Positions 38,980 through 49,068 are shown, counted from the stretch's first letter. The stretch is 64,000 nt of DNA from Minisyncoccota bacterium (GCA_041661005.1 JBAZVG010000001.1:607515-671514); one strand, 5' to 3'. Made by a program: numbers and translations. The notes: generated by a model not told the origin, from the letters alone.

Positions 38980-39485
38980 ATTCCCCCAACATACTTGATC
39001 ACCACTCGACGAGTATGCCCCATGCCTGTTGATTCAGTTTTTAAATCTATTGCGTCGGACAAAAATTCATGAACAATCCTACGTTCAAAAGCCGACATTG
39101 GATCGACTTCAATACTTGATTTGAAATATCTAGCCCGTTCTCCCATCATATGAGCTATCGCGCGGATATTTTCTACATGCTTTTTTTGATAGCCATTTAT
39201 ATCGATAATAATTCCCAAGCCGGACTGTAATTCCTTCCCAATCGTCTGACCTTTACTTAAAGAAGCGCGGGAAGCGGGATCTCTGGCTTCAATAATCCTG
39301 TGAACTAAATGATTTAAAGCATGCAACCCCTCGCCATCCCCTGAAATGAAAAAATGCGGTTCACTGACTTCCGCCGAAATCCACATATTTTTCGGTCCGT
39401 CTTCGGTAATTGAAATTTCTTTCAGTTTTATTGAAGTTTTTTCAATTAGTTCCTTTATTAAGCTTTGAATTTCATCTTTTTTCAT
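38976..39485 (-). CDS. jag: Jag/KhpB R3H RNA-binding protein
   Basis: PMSAFERRIVH R3H motif; synteny with yidC. Confidence 0.9.
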   Translation of the reverse strand: MKKDEIQSLIKELIEKTSIKLKEISITEDGPKNMWISAEVSEPHFFISGDGEGLHALNHLVHRIIEARDPASRASLSKGQTIGKELQSGLGIIIDINGYQKKHVENIRAIAHMMGERARYFKSSIEVDPMSAFERRIVHEFLSDAIDLKTESTGMGHTRRVVIKYVGGI

Positions 39486-39487
39486 TT

Positions 39488-40222
39488 TTATTTTATAACT
39501 ATTTTGAAATTCTTCTCTTTTTTAACATAAATCTGCTGGGCCACCATAAACAAATTGCTTGTAATCCAGTACAACGCCACCGCTCCGGAAATGCTATAAG
39601 CTATAAATGCCACAACAAATGGAAAAACGTATTTCATCTGCATTTGCATGCTCTTGGCAAAACTTTCCGAGAAAGAAATAGCAGATCCACTGGCGCTTGG
39701 TGTGGAAGCAGGTTTTGGCATAAAGTGCGCCTGTAAATACTGAGATACTCCGGCCAAAATTGCTAAAACCAGGCTTTTTTTACTTATATCTAGAATCCCT
39801 AAGAAAATCATGTTGGCGTGCTCTGGCGCGTGGACAAAAGAATAAAGCAATCCACTTTGGAAATTTATCCCTTTATAAAAAACATAATACAGAGCAAAAA
39901 TTATGGGAATTTGAACCAAAACCAGAAGACAGCCAGAAAAAGGATTTGTGTTGTGTTTTTTGTAAAGTTCAAAAGTAAGGCGCGCTTGTTCTTCCTTGCT
40001 TGCCCCGCTTGCTTTGATTCTGTTAAGCTCAGGCGCGAGAATGTTCATCTCGGCTTGGCTTTCAATGGACTTCTGAGACAGCGGAAAAAGTATGACTTTA
40101 ACGAGAATAGTAAGAATTATAACGGCTAACCCGACATCTCCGCCGGGAATAATCGAAACCAAAAAAGCCAATGCGTTTAATAAAGGCTGATATAAAATAG
40201 CGTTCCAGATATTTGAAAGCAT
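39488..40222 (-). CDS. yidC: membrane protein insertase YidC
   Basis: NPFSGCL..LVQIPI, ALYWITSN. Confidence 0.95.
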   Translation of the reverse strand: MLSNIWNAILYQPLLNALAFLVSIIPGGDVGLAVIILTILVKVILFPLSQKSIESQAEMNILAPELNRIKASGASKEEQARLTFELYKKHNTNPFSGCLLVLVQIPIIFALYYVFYKGINFQSGLLYSFVHAPEHANMIFLGILDISKKSLVLAILAGVSQYLQAHFMPKPASTPSASGSAISFSESFAKSMQMQMKYVFPFVVAFIAYSISGAVALYWITSNLFMVAQQIYVKKEKNFKIVIK

Positions 40223-40262
40223 CTTTTCATTCTATATGAAAAGATGAAAAAACGCCAGAAAG

Positions 40263-40484
40263 TTAAATTACCGGGTCAATATGATTTTTTTGCCACGGAT
40301 GACAGCGTAAAATTCTCCAAAATCCCAAATAAAGACCTTTCAAGACACCATATTTCGCTATAGCTTGTTTAGTGTATTCTGAACAAGTAGGATAAAACAC
40401 ACAGCTACGTTTAAAGAAAATAGAAATGTATTTTTGGTAAAAACTAATTAATTTTTGCAAGTATAGTCTTAATTTCATTTTCAA
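40263..40484 (-). CDS. yidD: membrane protein insertion efficiency factor
   Basis: CVFYPTCSEY, RILRCHPW. Confidence 0.95.
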   Translation of the reverse strand: MKMKLRLYLQKLISFYQKYISIFFKRSCVFYPTCSEYTKQAIAKYGVLKGLYLGFWRILRCHPWQKNHIDPVI

Positions 40485-40770
40485 GTATTAAAATATCTTC
40501 TTGATATTTTTTAAAAACAAAAACACCGGTAATCCCAAGAGGGAACTGGTTTATATATTTTTCCAAAACACGATATCCTAACCTTCTTAGAGAATTCCTT
40601 TTGACAGCCAATTTGACAACACTTTTTGGAGCGATAAAAGAAATTTTTACTTCTTGATTCCCTTGATCTTTAAAATACTTAAACGTCAAACTTGGAGAAA
40701 CTATAAATTTTCCTTCTTTAAAAATTTTCTCTATTGCCTTTTTATCGGCTCTATGTTTCTTTTGGAGCAT
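40444..40770 (-). CDS. rnpA: ribonuclease P protein component
   Basis: K.AVKRN.LRR motif; synteny. Confidence 0.9.
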   Translation of the reverse strand: MLQKKHRADKKAIEKIFKEGKFIVSPSLTFKYFKDQGNQEVKISFIAPKSVVKLAVKRNSLRRLGYRVLEKYINQFPLGITGVFVFKKYQEDILILENEIKTILAKIN

Positions 40771-40779
40771 GTATCTTTT

Positions 40780-40869
40780 ATTCTCCTCTTTGAGGAGTAC
40801 CCTTTAGGGGGAGGTGGATGAATTTTCCACCCCGTCTCGCAAAAGCGAGCCACCCCTCAAGAGGGGAAT
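40780..40869 (+). repeat. family E element between rpmH and rnpA
   Basis: Same outer stem and three inner hairpins as the other copies. Confidence 0.9.
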
Positions 40870-41004
40870 CTAAACAGATAACTTTTTTCTGCCTTTTTGA
40901 CGTCTCCTCTTCAACACTTTCTTGCCAGTCTTGATTCTAGATCGAACTAAAAATCCATGGCTTCGAGCTCTCTTTCTTTTTTTAGGTTTGTATGTAAATG
41001 ACAT
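40870..41004 (-). CDS. rpmH: 50S ribosomal protein L34 (missing from the ORF track)
   Basis: [44 protein letters not shown]. Confidence 0.95.
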   Translation of the reverse strand: MSFTYKPKKRKRARSHGFLVRSRIKTGKKVLKRRRQKGRKKLSV

Positions 41005-41155
41005 ATATCCAATACTATAATAAAATTAAACATTAGGCAACTAGGTGAATGACTTCATTAAAAAATTTGGAAGTTGCGTTATACACAGATTATCAACAAG
41101 TTTAATAACTTTCAATAAGTATCCAACATTTTACAAATAGTATAATATGTAACCA

Positions 41156-42505
41156 ATGAATACAAAACAACTTTGGAAAAATTGCCTGACAGAAATCGAA
41201 GCGGGGGTGTCAAAGGCAAACTTTAGCACATGGTTTAAGAACACATGCATTATAAAAGAGGAGACGGGTATCGTTTATATCGGCGTGCCAAATGAGTTTG
41301 TCCGCGATTGGCTTATAAACAAATATCACAAACTCATCACCAAAACCATAGCTGATGCCTATGAAAACATGCGCGCAGTGGAATATACCATCACTAAAAT
41401 AGAAGTAGACAAGCAGGAATCAGCTCCAGTAGGGGAGAATGCAAGTTATGTGAACAAAGAATTGCCCCTAAAAGACCTCTACATCAACCCTGAAGACAAT
41501 TTAAACCCTCGTTATCATTTCAATTCTTTCATTGTCGGATCTTTCAATGAACTCGCGTATGCGGCCAGTCTCGCCATAATAGACAGCCCCGGTACTAAAT
41601 ACAATCCATTCTTTATCTATGGAGGCACCGGCCTCGGCAAAACTCACTTGATTCAAGCAGTGGGAAATTCAATAAAAGAAAAATATCCAAACAAAAAAGT
41701 GCATTATATGACTTTGGAGAAATTTGCTACCGACTTTATAAATTCATTACAGAGCAACAAAGCAAACTCTTTTAAAGAAAAGTATCGCAAATATGATCTT
41801 TTAATCATCGATGACATTCAATTTATCGGAAAAATGGAAAAAATTCAGGAAGAACTTTTCCACACATTCAACACCTTCCACGAAAACAGCAAACAAATTA
41901 TTTTTTCTTCTGATAAGCACCCGAACTACATCCCTGAGCTCGCAGAACGCTTAAAATCCCGCTTTGCCGCTGGTATGATAGTGGACATATCTCCCCCAGA
42001 CTATGAGTCTCGCCTTGCGATTTTAAAAGTGAAATTGCAGGAACTTAACATTGATTTAGATCAGGAGGTATTGGAATATGTAGCTGTTTCAGTTGACGGC
42101 AACATTCGAGAACTTGAAGGGAGTTTGAATATAATAGTCTGTCAGTATCGCTTAAAAAACAGAACTTTGACGCTCACTGAAGTGAAAAATCTACTAAAAA
42201 ATAACATGAAGCCGAAAAAAAATATCGCAATAAAAGATGTTGTAAAGATAGTAAGCGAGTATTACAAGTTGGATGAAGCTTCAATTTACGAAAAAACAAG
42301 AAAAAAAGAGATAGTGAAGGCAAGGCAAGTGGTTATGTATTTACTTCGAGAAAATTTTAATGTCTCATATCCCCTAATTGGACAAAAACTTGGTGGAAAA
42401 GATCACACGACTGTGATTCACTCCTGTTTAAAAATTAAAAACGATCTAAAAACTGACCCACAACTTTTACAGGAATTAGAGCAAATACGAATAATGTTCA
42501 AATAA
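41156..42505 (+). CDS. dnaA: chromosomal replication initiator DnaA
   Basis: YGGTGLGKTHL, IDDIQF, NIRELEG, GGKDHTTVIH. Confidence 0.98.
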   Translation: MNTKQLWKNCLTEIEAGVSKANFSTWFKNTCIIKEETGIVYIGVPNEFVRDWLINKYHKLITKTIADAYENMRAVEYTITKIEVDKQESAPVGENASYVNKELPLKDLYINPEDNLNPRYHFNSFIVGSFNELAYAASLAIIDSPGTKYNPFFIYGGTGLGKTHLIQAVGNSIKEKYPNKKVHYMTLEKFATDFINSLQSNKANSFKEKYRKYDLLIIDDIQFIGKMEKIQEELFHTFNTFHENSKQIIFSSDKHPNYIPELAERLKSRFAAGMIVDISPPDYESRLAILKVKLQELNIDLDQEVLEYVAVSVDGNIRELEGSLNIIVCQYRLKNRTLTLTEVKNLLKNNMKPKKNIAIKDVVKIVSEYYKLDEASIYEKTRKKEIVKARQVVMYLLRENFNVSYPLIGQKLGGKDHTTVIHSCLKIKNDLKTDPQLLQELEQIRIMFK

Positions 42506-42636
42506 TTAAAAGTTATTAGACTTAAATTAAAAACAAAAAACTATATACAACCTTATGAAATATAAGCGAAAAAAGTTATCCACTTATCAAGGTATCTAAT
42601 AGTATTAATAGATTATATATATAAAATTATAAACAT
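42506..42636. other. probable oriC unwinding region (dnaA-dnaN intergenic)
   Basis: DnaA-box-like TTATCCACT at 42576-42584, then TAA-TAG-TAT-TAA-TAG trio-like run and AT-rich tract; more boxes at 41079 and 41090. Confidence 0.65.
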
Positions 42637-43734
42637 ATGAAACTAGAATGCAAAACTGAAGAAATAAAAAATAAAATTTCACAAGTAGAAAGAATTACTG
42701 GAAAGAATTTAACTTTACCTGTTTTAAATTCAATTCTTTTGATTGCGTCTGGTAAATCATTAAAACTCAGATCTACAAATCTAAGTTTAGGTATTGAAGT
42801 TGAAATCCCTGCCAAGGTGGAAAAGGAAGGTATTGTTGCTATTTCTGGGTCAGTATTAAATGGTATTTTTTCTAATGTTTTTCAAAATGAGAATGTTTAC
42901 TTTGAAAGCGTGGATGGTAATCTGTTAATTCAAACAAAGAAGAGTAAAATAAAACTTAAAGGCCAACCACACGATGATTTTCCAACAATACCAATGGTTT
43001 CTGGAACAAGTTTTGAGATAGATTCTAAAAAATTAGTAGATGGGATAAAATCCGTTTACTATAGTTCATCTTCATCAGATATAAAGCCTGAAATATCAAG
43101 CGTTTTCATGCACACCCAGGAAGATAATTTAATATTTGTTTCCACTGATTCATTTAGGTTGGCAGAGAAGAAAATAAAAATAAAAGGACTTCCTGAAATA
43201 GGAGGTATATTGATTCCATATAAAAACATCTCTGAAATTCTAAGAGTTTTTGGGGAATTATCTTTGACCGTAAAGGTATGTTTCAATAAAAACCAAATTT
43301 CCTTTTCATCCGATGGTGTGTATCTGACTTCACGAGTGATCGATGGAGTTTTTCCAGATTATCGTCAAATTATCCCCAAGACTTCAGGAACCAGCGCTGT
43401 TGTGCTCAAACAGGACATGTTGAATGCGCTCAAGATTTCAAATATCTTTTCAGATAAATTTAATCAAGTTAATTTAAGAGTTTCACCGCAGGAGAAAGTC
43501 TTTGAGCTTTCATCTATCAACAATGACATCGGAGAAAATAAAACGTATCTAGATGCCGCCTTAACCGGAGAGGACGTCGAACTTGGTTTTAATTACAAAT
43601 ACTTTCTAGATTGTTTCCAGTCTATCGCCACCGACAGCATGTCCATAAAATTCTCTGGAGTTAGCAGTCCTTTGATGGTGTCTCCGGTCTCCGATTCGTC
43701 ATTTACGTATCTTATTATGCCGATGAATAGGTGA
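42637..43734 (+). CDS. dnaN: DNA polymerase III beta clamp
   Basis: STDSFRL, GVFPDY, C-terminal LIMPM. Confidence 0.97.
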   Translation: MKLECKTEEIKNKISQVERITGKNLTLPVLNSILLIASGKSLKLRSTNLSLGIEVEIPAKVEKEGIVAISGSVLNGIFSNVFQNENVYFESVDGNLLIQTKKSKIKLKGQPHDDFPTIPMVSGTSFEIDSKKLVDGIKSVYYSSSSSDIKPEISSVFMHTQEDNLIFVSTDSFRLAEKKIKIKGLPEIGGILIPYKNISEILRVFGELSLTVKVCFNKNQISFSSDGVYLTSRVIDGVFPDYRQIIPKTSGTSAVVLKQDMLNALKISNIFSDKFNQVNLRVSPQEKVFELSSINNDIGENKTYLDAALTGEDVELGFNYKYFLDCFQSIATDSMSIKFSGVSSPLMVSPVSDSSFTYLIMPMNR

Positions 43735-43735
43735 T

Positions 43736-46273
43736 CTATTGCTCCACTTTAAATACCGAAACAGCTTCACTTTTGTTGTAGACGCTGTCTTGAGCAACTA
43801 TTCGCAATTCGTTTTCTGCCTGCAAGTCTTCTAACTCTTTGGGAATAAAAGAAAAACCGGAGATGGAATTGGAGGTTCCCAAGAATATATTGTTTACAAA
43901 AATATCTATTTTAGTGAGCGGATAACGACTGAAATTTGAAATTTTTATATTTATTCTTTGGTTGGGTTGATAAGTCGTAATATTGTTTGGCTCAATGATA
44001 GAGATGACTGGTTTTGATGAATCAGTATGCACGTCATCCAACATAGTTGGTTTTTCACTAGCGGTAATTGTTCTATATTTTCCTTTATTTTGCGCCCACC
44101 AATCTTGGATGGGTATTTCCCAATGATTAAATTGAGAATTGCTAGTTGGGTTTGAAGGCACCGGTCCTAAAATATCGCTTCTATCTATCCAATAGAGAAT
44201 CGAATGCATGTTGGTTATAACTTTTTCCTGCAAAGTTTCCTTTGGGGTGTTTTCGGTTGCCAATTTTCCCGAGATTTTGTCGATGAAGAAGTTTTCATTT
44301 CCCTGCCAGTTTCCTCGGATCGCTGGTTTTACTGTGGTTGGGTCAGCATCTAGATTTGGTTTGTCAAATTTTTCATTTGGCAAAGTTTTTAGCGCCTCGT
44401 TTATAAATTTATTCCAGATCGGACCTGCCACAGCCACGCCTCCTTTTTTCATCGGCGTGTTGTCGTTGTTTCCTGCCCAGACGCCCACAGCGATGGAAGG
44501 AGTATAGCCGATAGTCCAAGCGTCTTTATTGTTGTTTGTTGTTCCGGTTTTTACAGCCACATCATGTCCGGGGATGAGAAGAGCTGAATGCTGTCCGAAG
44601 GTTGGGATGCGCGCTTTTTCATCCGACAGGATGTTTGAAATAGTTAGCGCGGTATTTTCAGGCAGAACTTCTCGTGTATTTGTCTTAAATTCTTCTAAAA
44701 TTTCTCCACTGCTGTCTTCGATTTTTAAAATTCCAGTGTAGGGATTGCGAATACCGTTATTTGCAAAAACACTATAAGCTGATGTCATATCGAGGAGGGA
44801 AACTTCTCCACCTCCGATGACAAGTGTGAGTCCATATCGGCCGATATCGCCCAAAGTGCTGATGCCCATGTCTTCTGCTGTTTTCAGTGAATCTGAAAGA
44901 CCTGCCAAATAGAAGAGTTTTACCGCTATGAGGTTGATCGATTGCGCTAAAGCATCTCGGAGGGTCATCGGCCCGCGGAATTTTCCATCGTAATTGTCTG
45001 GCATGTAGCAATCTTTCTGATTGTGTCCGGGAAGAGCCTTGCCGTAAGCGTTGCAAGTGGTCTGAAATTCTGTAGGCAGGTCAAACAGCGTTGTGTCTGG
45101 GGTAAAGCCCTTGTTGAAGGCTGTGGCGTATATAAAAGGCTTGAAGGACGAACCTGGCTGTCTAGAAGCAGTAGCTACATTGAAGTTTCCATCTATTTCT
45201 TTATCAAAATAATTTCGAGAGCCGATCATTGTCAAAATCTGTCCAGTTTTCGGATCTATCGCTACCAAGCTGGCATTTTTTCCGTTCCAATTTTCTTGAT
45301 TTATCAATGCGCCTTCATTTACGATTTGTTCCCCTTTTTGTTGCAGATCATAATCCAAGGTTGTCGTGACTTTAAGCCCGCCCTTTTCTACCATTTCGTT
45401 GCCATATTTTTGTTCGAGGTAATCTTTAATAAAGAAAACAAAATGTGGAGCCTTGATTCCGTTTGATGCTTGGGGAACAAACACCACGACTTCGTTTTTT
45501 GCCTTGTCGTGTTCTTCTTTAGAAATGAAATTTAGTTCCAACATTCTAGCCAGCACTAGATTTTTCCTAGCTTCCAACCTTTCTTTGTTCCTTCCATAAG
45601 GAGACAAAATAGTAGGGGATTGCGGGATCGAAGCCAAATATGCAGCTTCAGCGAGGGTTAAATAGAGCGGTTCTTTATTGAAATAAGTCTTACTCGCTTC
45701 TTCTATTCCGTAAATGTTTCCACCATAAGGAGCCTCGTTCAAATAATATTCCAAGATTTTTTCTTTTGGCATCGATCCGTCTATTTTGACCGCTAAAAAC
45801 CACTCCTTCATTTTTCTGACATAGCTGACTTTTTGCGTCAGAAGGGTGTTTTTCACCAATTGCTGGGTTATCGTCGAACCTCCTCCACCTATTCCAATGT
45901 GAAATATATTAGAAAGAACCGCTCGGATGGTGGAAGTTATCCGCACTCCTTTGTGGTTATAAAATTCGGAATCTTCAATAGCCACCGTGGCGTTTTTGAT
46001 GTTTATTCCCATTGCATCTCCCGAGATGTCTGTTCTTTTTGTGTCTCGATGCATGTCGTAAAGCAAGATTTCTCCTGTCTTGTCATATATTTTGATGGAA
46101 TTCTGTATTTTTCTGTCGTTGAAAGAATTAAAATCTGGAATCTTCATAGAAGAAATCAAAAGCATTAGCATTCCAAGCGTTAAAATGAAAATACTGACCA
46201 AAAGCACTATCAAATTCTTCCAGAATTTCTTGTTTTTTGCGATTTCTTTGAAAGCTCGAAATATTTTTCTCAT
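43736..46273 (-). CDS. class A penicillin-binding protein (PBP1A family)
   Basis: AIED..FY.H, GGSTITQQLVKN, RQPGSSFKP, KTGTT. Confidence 0.95.
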   Translation of the reverse strand: MRKIFRAFKEIAKNKKFWKNLIVLLVSIFILTLGMLMLLISSMKIPDFNSFNDRKIQNSIKIYDKTGEILLYDMHRDTKRTDISGDAMGINIKNATVAIEDSEFYNHKGVRITSTIRAVLSNIFHIGIGGGGSTITQQLVKNTLLTQKVSYVRKMKEWFLAVKIDGSMPKEKILEYYLNEAPYGGNIYGIEEASKTYFNKEPLYLTLAEAAYLASIPQSPTILSPYGRNKERLEARKNLVLARMLELNFISKEEHDKAKNEVVVFVPQASNGIKAPHFVFFIKDYLEQKYGNEMVEKGGLKVTTTLDYDLQQKGEQIVNEGALINQENWNGKNASLVAIDPKTGQILTMIGSRNYFDKEIDGNFNVATASRQPGSSFKPFIYATAFNKGFTPDTTLFDLPTEFQTTCNAYGKALPGHNQKDCYMPDNYDGKFRGPMTLRDALAQSINLIAVKLFYLAGLSDSLKTAEDMGISTLGDIGRYGLTLVIGGGEVSLLDMTSAYSVFANNGIRNPYTGILKIEDSSGEILEEFKTNTREVLPENTALTISNILSDEKARIPTFGQHSALLIPGHDVAVKTGTTNNNKDAWTIGYTPSIAVGVWAGNNDNTPMKKGGVAVAGPIWNKFINEALKTLPNEKFDKPNLDADPTTVKPAIRGNWQGNENFFIDKISGKLATENTPKETLQEKVITNMHSILYWIDRSDILGPVPSNPTSNSQFNHWEIPIQDWWAQNKGKYRTITASEKPTMLDDVHTDSSKPVISIIEPNNITTYQPNQRINIKISNFSRYPLTKIDIFVNNIFLGTSNSISGFSFIPKELEDLQAENELRIVAQDSVYNKSEAVSVFKVEQ

Positions 46274-46293
46274 TGGTAGAATTATAGCAGAAA

Positions 46294-47490
46294 ATGTGGT
46301 ATAGTCCGAATATTGTGAAAATAATAACAGATGAAAAAAAAATAGATGAAATTTTAAATCGCGGAGTTGAAGATATTTTCATAAAAGAAAGCTTAAAGAA
46401 AAAAATGCTCTCCGGAAAAGTTCTCCGCGTTAAGTTTGGCATTGATCCGACTGGCCCCAAGATACATTTAGGCAGAGCTGTTCCGCTTAGAAAATTACGT
46501 CAATTTCAAAACTTGGGACATAAGGTTGTTATACTTGTGGGCGATTTTACCGCCACTATTGGAGATCCGTCGGACAAGCTTGAAAAGCGACCGATGCTGA
46601 CGACAGCAGAAATAAAAAAGAATATGAAAGATTACAAAAGTCAGCTTGGTAAGATAATTGATCTAAAAAAAGCTGAGTTTGTTTATAACAGCAAGTGGCT
46701 CAGTAGGCTTGGTTTTGCTGAAATTTCCGAATTAGCTGAAAGTTTTTCCGTTCAGCAGATGTCCAGTCGCAGAAATTTCAAAGACAGAATTGAAAAAGGT
46801 GAAGAAGTTTCTTTGCGTGAGTTTTTGTATCCCATTATGCAGGGATATGACAGCGTGGTGGTGAAAGCGGATGTGGAAATCGGAGGTTTTGATCAGTTAT
46901 TCAATTTAAAAGCAGGTAGAGTTATTCAGAGACATTACAAAATGCCCGAACAGGATGTTTTAACGGTGCAAATGCTCGAAGGCACGGATGGTAGAAAGAT
47001 GTCCAGCTCTTGGGGAAACGTGATTTCGATTGTGGATGAACCGAACGATATGTTTGGAAAGATTATGGCTGTGCGCGATGAACTTATTTCAAAGTATTTT
47101 AAACTTTGCACGGATATTTCTGACTCTGAGATTCCAAAAAGCGAAAATCCCCGCGATTTAAAGATGCGTCTTGCTTATGAAATAGTAAAAATCTATCATG
47201 GAGAAAAAAAAGCGCAGGGGGCTCAAGAAAATTTCATCAATACTTTCCAAAAAAGAGAGATTCCAGAAGAAATGGAAGAAATAAAAGCTAACGCGGGAGA
47301 ATTGTTGAGTGAAGTCCTGGTTAAAAATAAAATTTTAGCATCAAAAGGCGAATGGCGCAGGCTTGTTCTAGGGAACGCAGTGCATGATTTAGAAAAGAAT
47401 AGTGTTATAACAGATCAAAATATGAAAATTGCAGAAAATCTGAAACTAAAAATTGGCAAGAAAAGATTTCTAAAAGTTTTAGTGAGTTAA
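46294..47490 (+). CDS. tyrS: tyrosine--tRNA ligase
   Basis: GIDPTG..IHLGR, GDPS, YPIMQGYD, KMSSS; start may be GTG 46315. Confidence 0.96.
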   Translation: MWYSPNIVKIITDEKKIDEILNRGVEDIFIKESLKKKMLSGKVLRVKFGIDPTGPKIHLGRAVPLRKLRQFQNLGHKVVILVGDFTATIGDPSDKLEKRPMLTTAEIKKNMKDYKSQLGKIIDLKKAEFVYNSKWLSRLGFAEISELAESFSVQQMSSRRNFKDRIEKGEEVSLREFLYPIMQGYDSVVVKADVEIGGFDQLFNLKAGRVIQRHYKMPEQDVLTVQMLEGTDGRKMSSSWGNVISIVDEPNDMFGKIMAVRDELISKYFKLCTDISDSEIPKSENPRDLKMRLAYEIVKIYHGEKKAQGAQENFINTFQKREIPEEMEEIKANAGELLSEVLVKNKILASKGEWRRLVLGNAVHDLEKNSVITDQNMKIAENLKLKIGKKRFLKVLVS

Positions 47491-47504
47491 ATATTTTTTA
47501 GTTG

Positions 47505-47645
47505 CTATTTATCTTTATCTGGGTCCTCTTCGTCCAATCCAAAGTCAGGTATTTCTTCTGGCATATCCAACGGCTCGCCTAATTCATCTTCATCAGCGCC
47601 AACTTTAAAACCATCTTCTACTTCTTCATTTTCATCGTAACTCAT
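47505..47645 (-). CDS. small highly acidic protein (46 aa, missing from the ORF track)
   Basis: MSYDENEEVEDGFKVGADEDELGEPLDMPEEIPDFGLDEEDPDKDK; 21/46 residues are D/E. Confidence 0.65.
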   Translation of the reverse strand: MSYDENEEVEDGFKVGADEDELGEPLDMPEEIPDFGLDEEDPDKDK

Positions 47646-47840
47646 AGTGTTTATTATTTTTAATTAATTATTATTAATAATTTTACTATTTTTCATCTGA
47701 AGTATTCATTTTGTCTTCAGTGAAAACAAACTCCATGTTGGAATTTCTTCTTTTGTAACAAAATCTAAAACGGTTGGCAATAGCAAAAAGACCTAAGATG
47801 TGGATAACCCCGAACCAGAGCAAGCTCGGTACGGGGCAGG

Positions 47841-48344
47841 CTAAACTTTTTGATGCGCGAACGCAGTGAGCGCGATGGCGATAGCGTCTAATTCGTCATC
47901 AGATTTTTTATTTTCTTCTATATCCACTAAAATTTTAACCATTTTTATCACTTGTTCTTTATCCGCTTTTCCATAGCCGGTTGTTGCCATTTTTATTTGG
48001 GGTGGGGAAGCCTCAAAGATGCGCAGTCCGGCGAGGGCTCCTTCATAAACCACAACTCCGCGCGCTTCGGCGACTCGCATGACCGTCTTTTGATTTGTAT
48101 TTAAAAACAAAGTTTCTATTGCTAAAATTTCTGGTTTATATTCTTTTATTATTCTGCGCACTTCTTCGCCGATCAGGCGCAATCTCTCGGGAAATTCCAA
48201 CTTTGCAGAAGTTTTAAAACATTCAGAAAAAATGACACGTTCCCTGCCAAAAGCGGAGTCGAAGGGTTTGTTGCCCTGTTTGGTCTTTTCTAATATTGCC
48301 ACTCCCAGCCTTTCAAATCCGGGGTCTATTCCTAAAATTCTCAT
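47841..48344 (-). CDS. ruvC: Holliday junction resolvase RuvC
   Basis: ILGIDPG, AIE.LF, EARGV, DDELDAIAIA. Confidence 0.95.
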   Translation of the reverse strand: MRILGIDPGFERLGVAILEKTKQGNKPFDSAFGRERVIFSECFKTSAKLEFPERLRLIGEEVRRIIKEYKPEILAIETLFLNTNQKTVMRVAEARGVVVYEGALAGLRIFEASPPQIKMATTGYGKADKEQVIKMVKILVDIEENKKSDDELDAIAIALTAFAHQKV

Positions 48345-48706
48345 ATTTTGAAGTTTAACATAACTTATCTAATAATAGTGATATTATATATAAGGCATTG
48401 TTCTTTATCAGTAGAGCTAGGGCACATTATAAGTGCATAAGGGTGTTTAATGGGACGTTCTTCTGATCCCAGAACATGCAGGGAGTTGGCCCTTGGAGTC
48501 TCTGTTGAGTGAACCAACTTTCACTCAACATCAAGTCGTTCGGACCGAGAAAGCCTGACGGCTTTTTTATTTGCCCAGCTTCGTTGAGTTTTCCACAGTC
48601 AGAATTTGACATATATATATATCGGTTCATTATTTAAGTGAACAGCTCTTTGACGCGATTCGGAACATTAAGTCGGATCTAAAGTGAGGGGCTGTCTAAG
48701 AAACAT

Positions 48707-48865
48707 ATGCCGAACAAACTGCTCGTTGGCTTCGCCAACATCAATGGTCAGATTCAGGCTTCGCGTGGCGCGCTCGACTGCACCCAGGCGGCTCATCCGG
48801 CGGCCACCATCGTGGCCATGAGCGACAACAACAATCCGGTGCGGCGCTTTGGTAGCACCGCGTGA
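48707..48865 (+). CDS. GC-rich small hypothetical protein (52 aa)
   Basis: MPNKLLVGFANINGQIQASRG...; TTGACA at 48606, boxA-like GCTCTTTGAC at 48645, 11-bp hairpin at 48887-48912. Confidence 0.5.
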   Translation: MPNKLLVGFANINGQIQASRGALDCTQAAHPAATIVAMSDNNNPVRRFGSTA

Positions 48866-48985
48866 TCGAAGATCTGCCCGAGCTCCGGGAGGGGTCTGAC
48901 AAGACCCCTCCCATCCATCAAAGTCCACTAGTTGGACTCTTTCACTGAAGGAGCACTAGTGGCTTTTTCTTTTACCTTTTTTATT

Positions 48986-49068
48986 ATTCCCCTCTTGAGG
49001 GGTGGCTCGCTTGTGAGACGGGGTGGATATCCCACCTCCCCCTAAAGGGTACTCCTCAAGAGGAGAAT
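48986..49068 (-). repeat. family E element supplying the ruvB stop codon
   Basis: Reverse-complement copy; ruvB TGA lies within CTCTTGAGG. Confidence 0.9.

Noticed and set aside
48668-48928. 86-aa minus-strand ORF
   Set aside because: The plus-strand 52-aa ORF has better promoter, GC3 and terminator support; not fully excluded.
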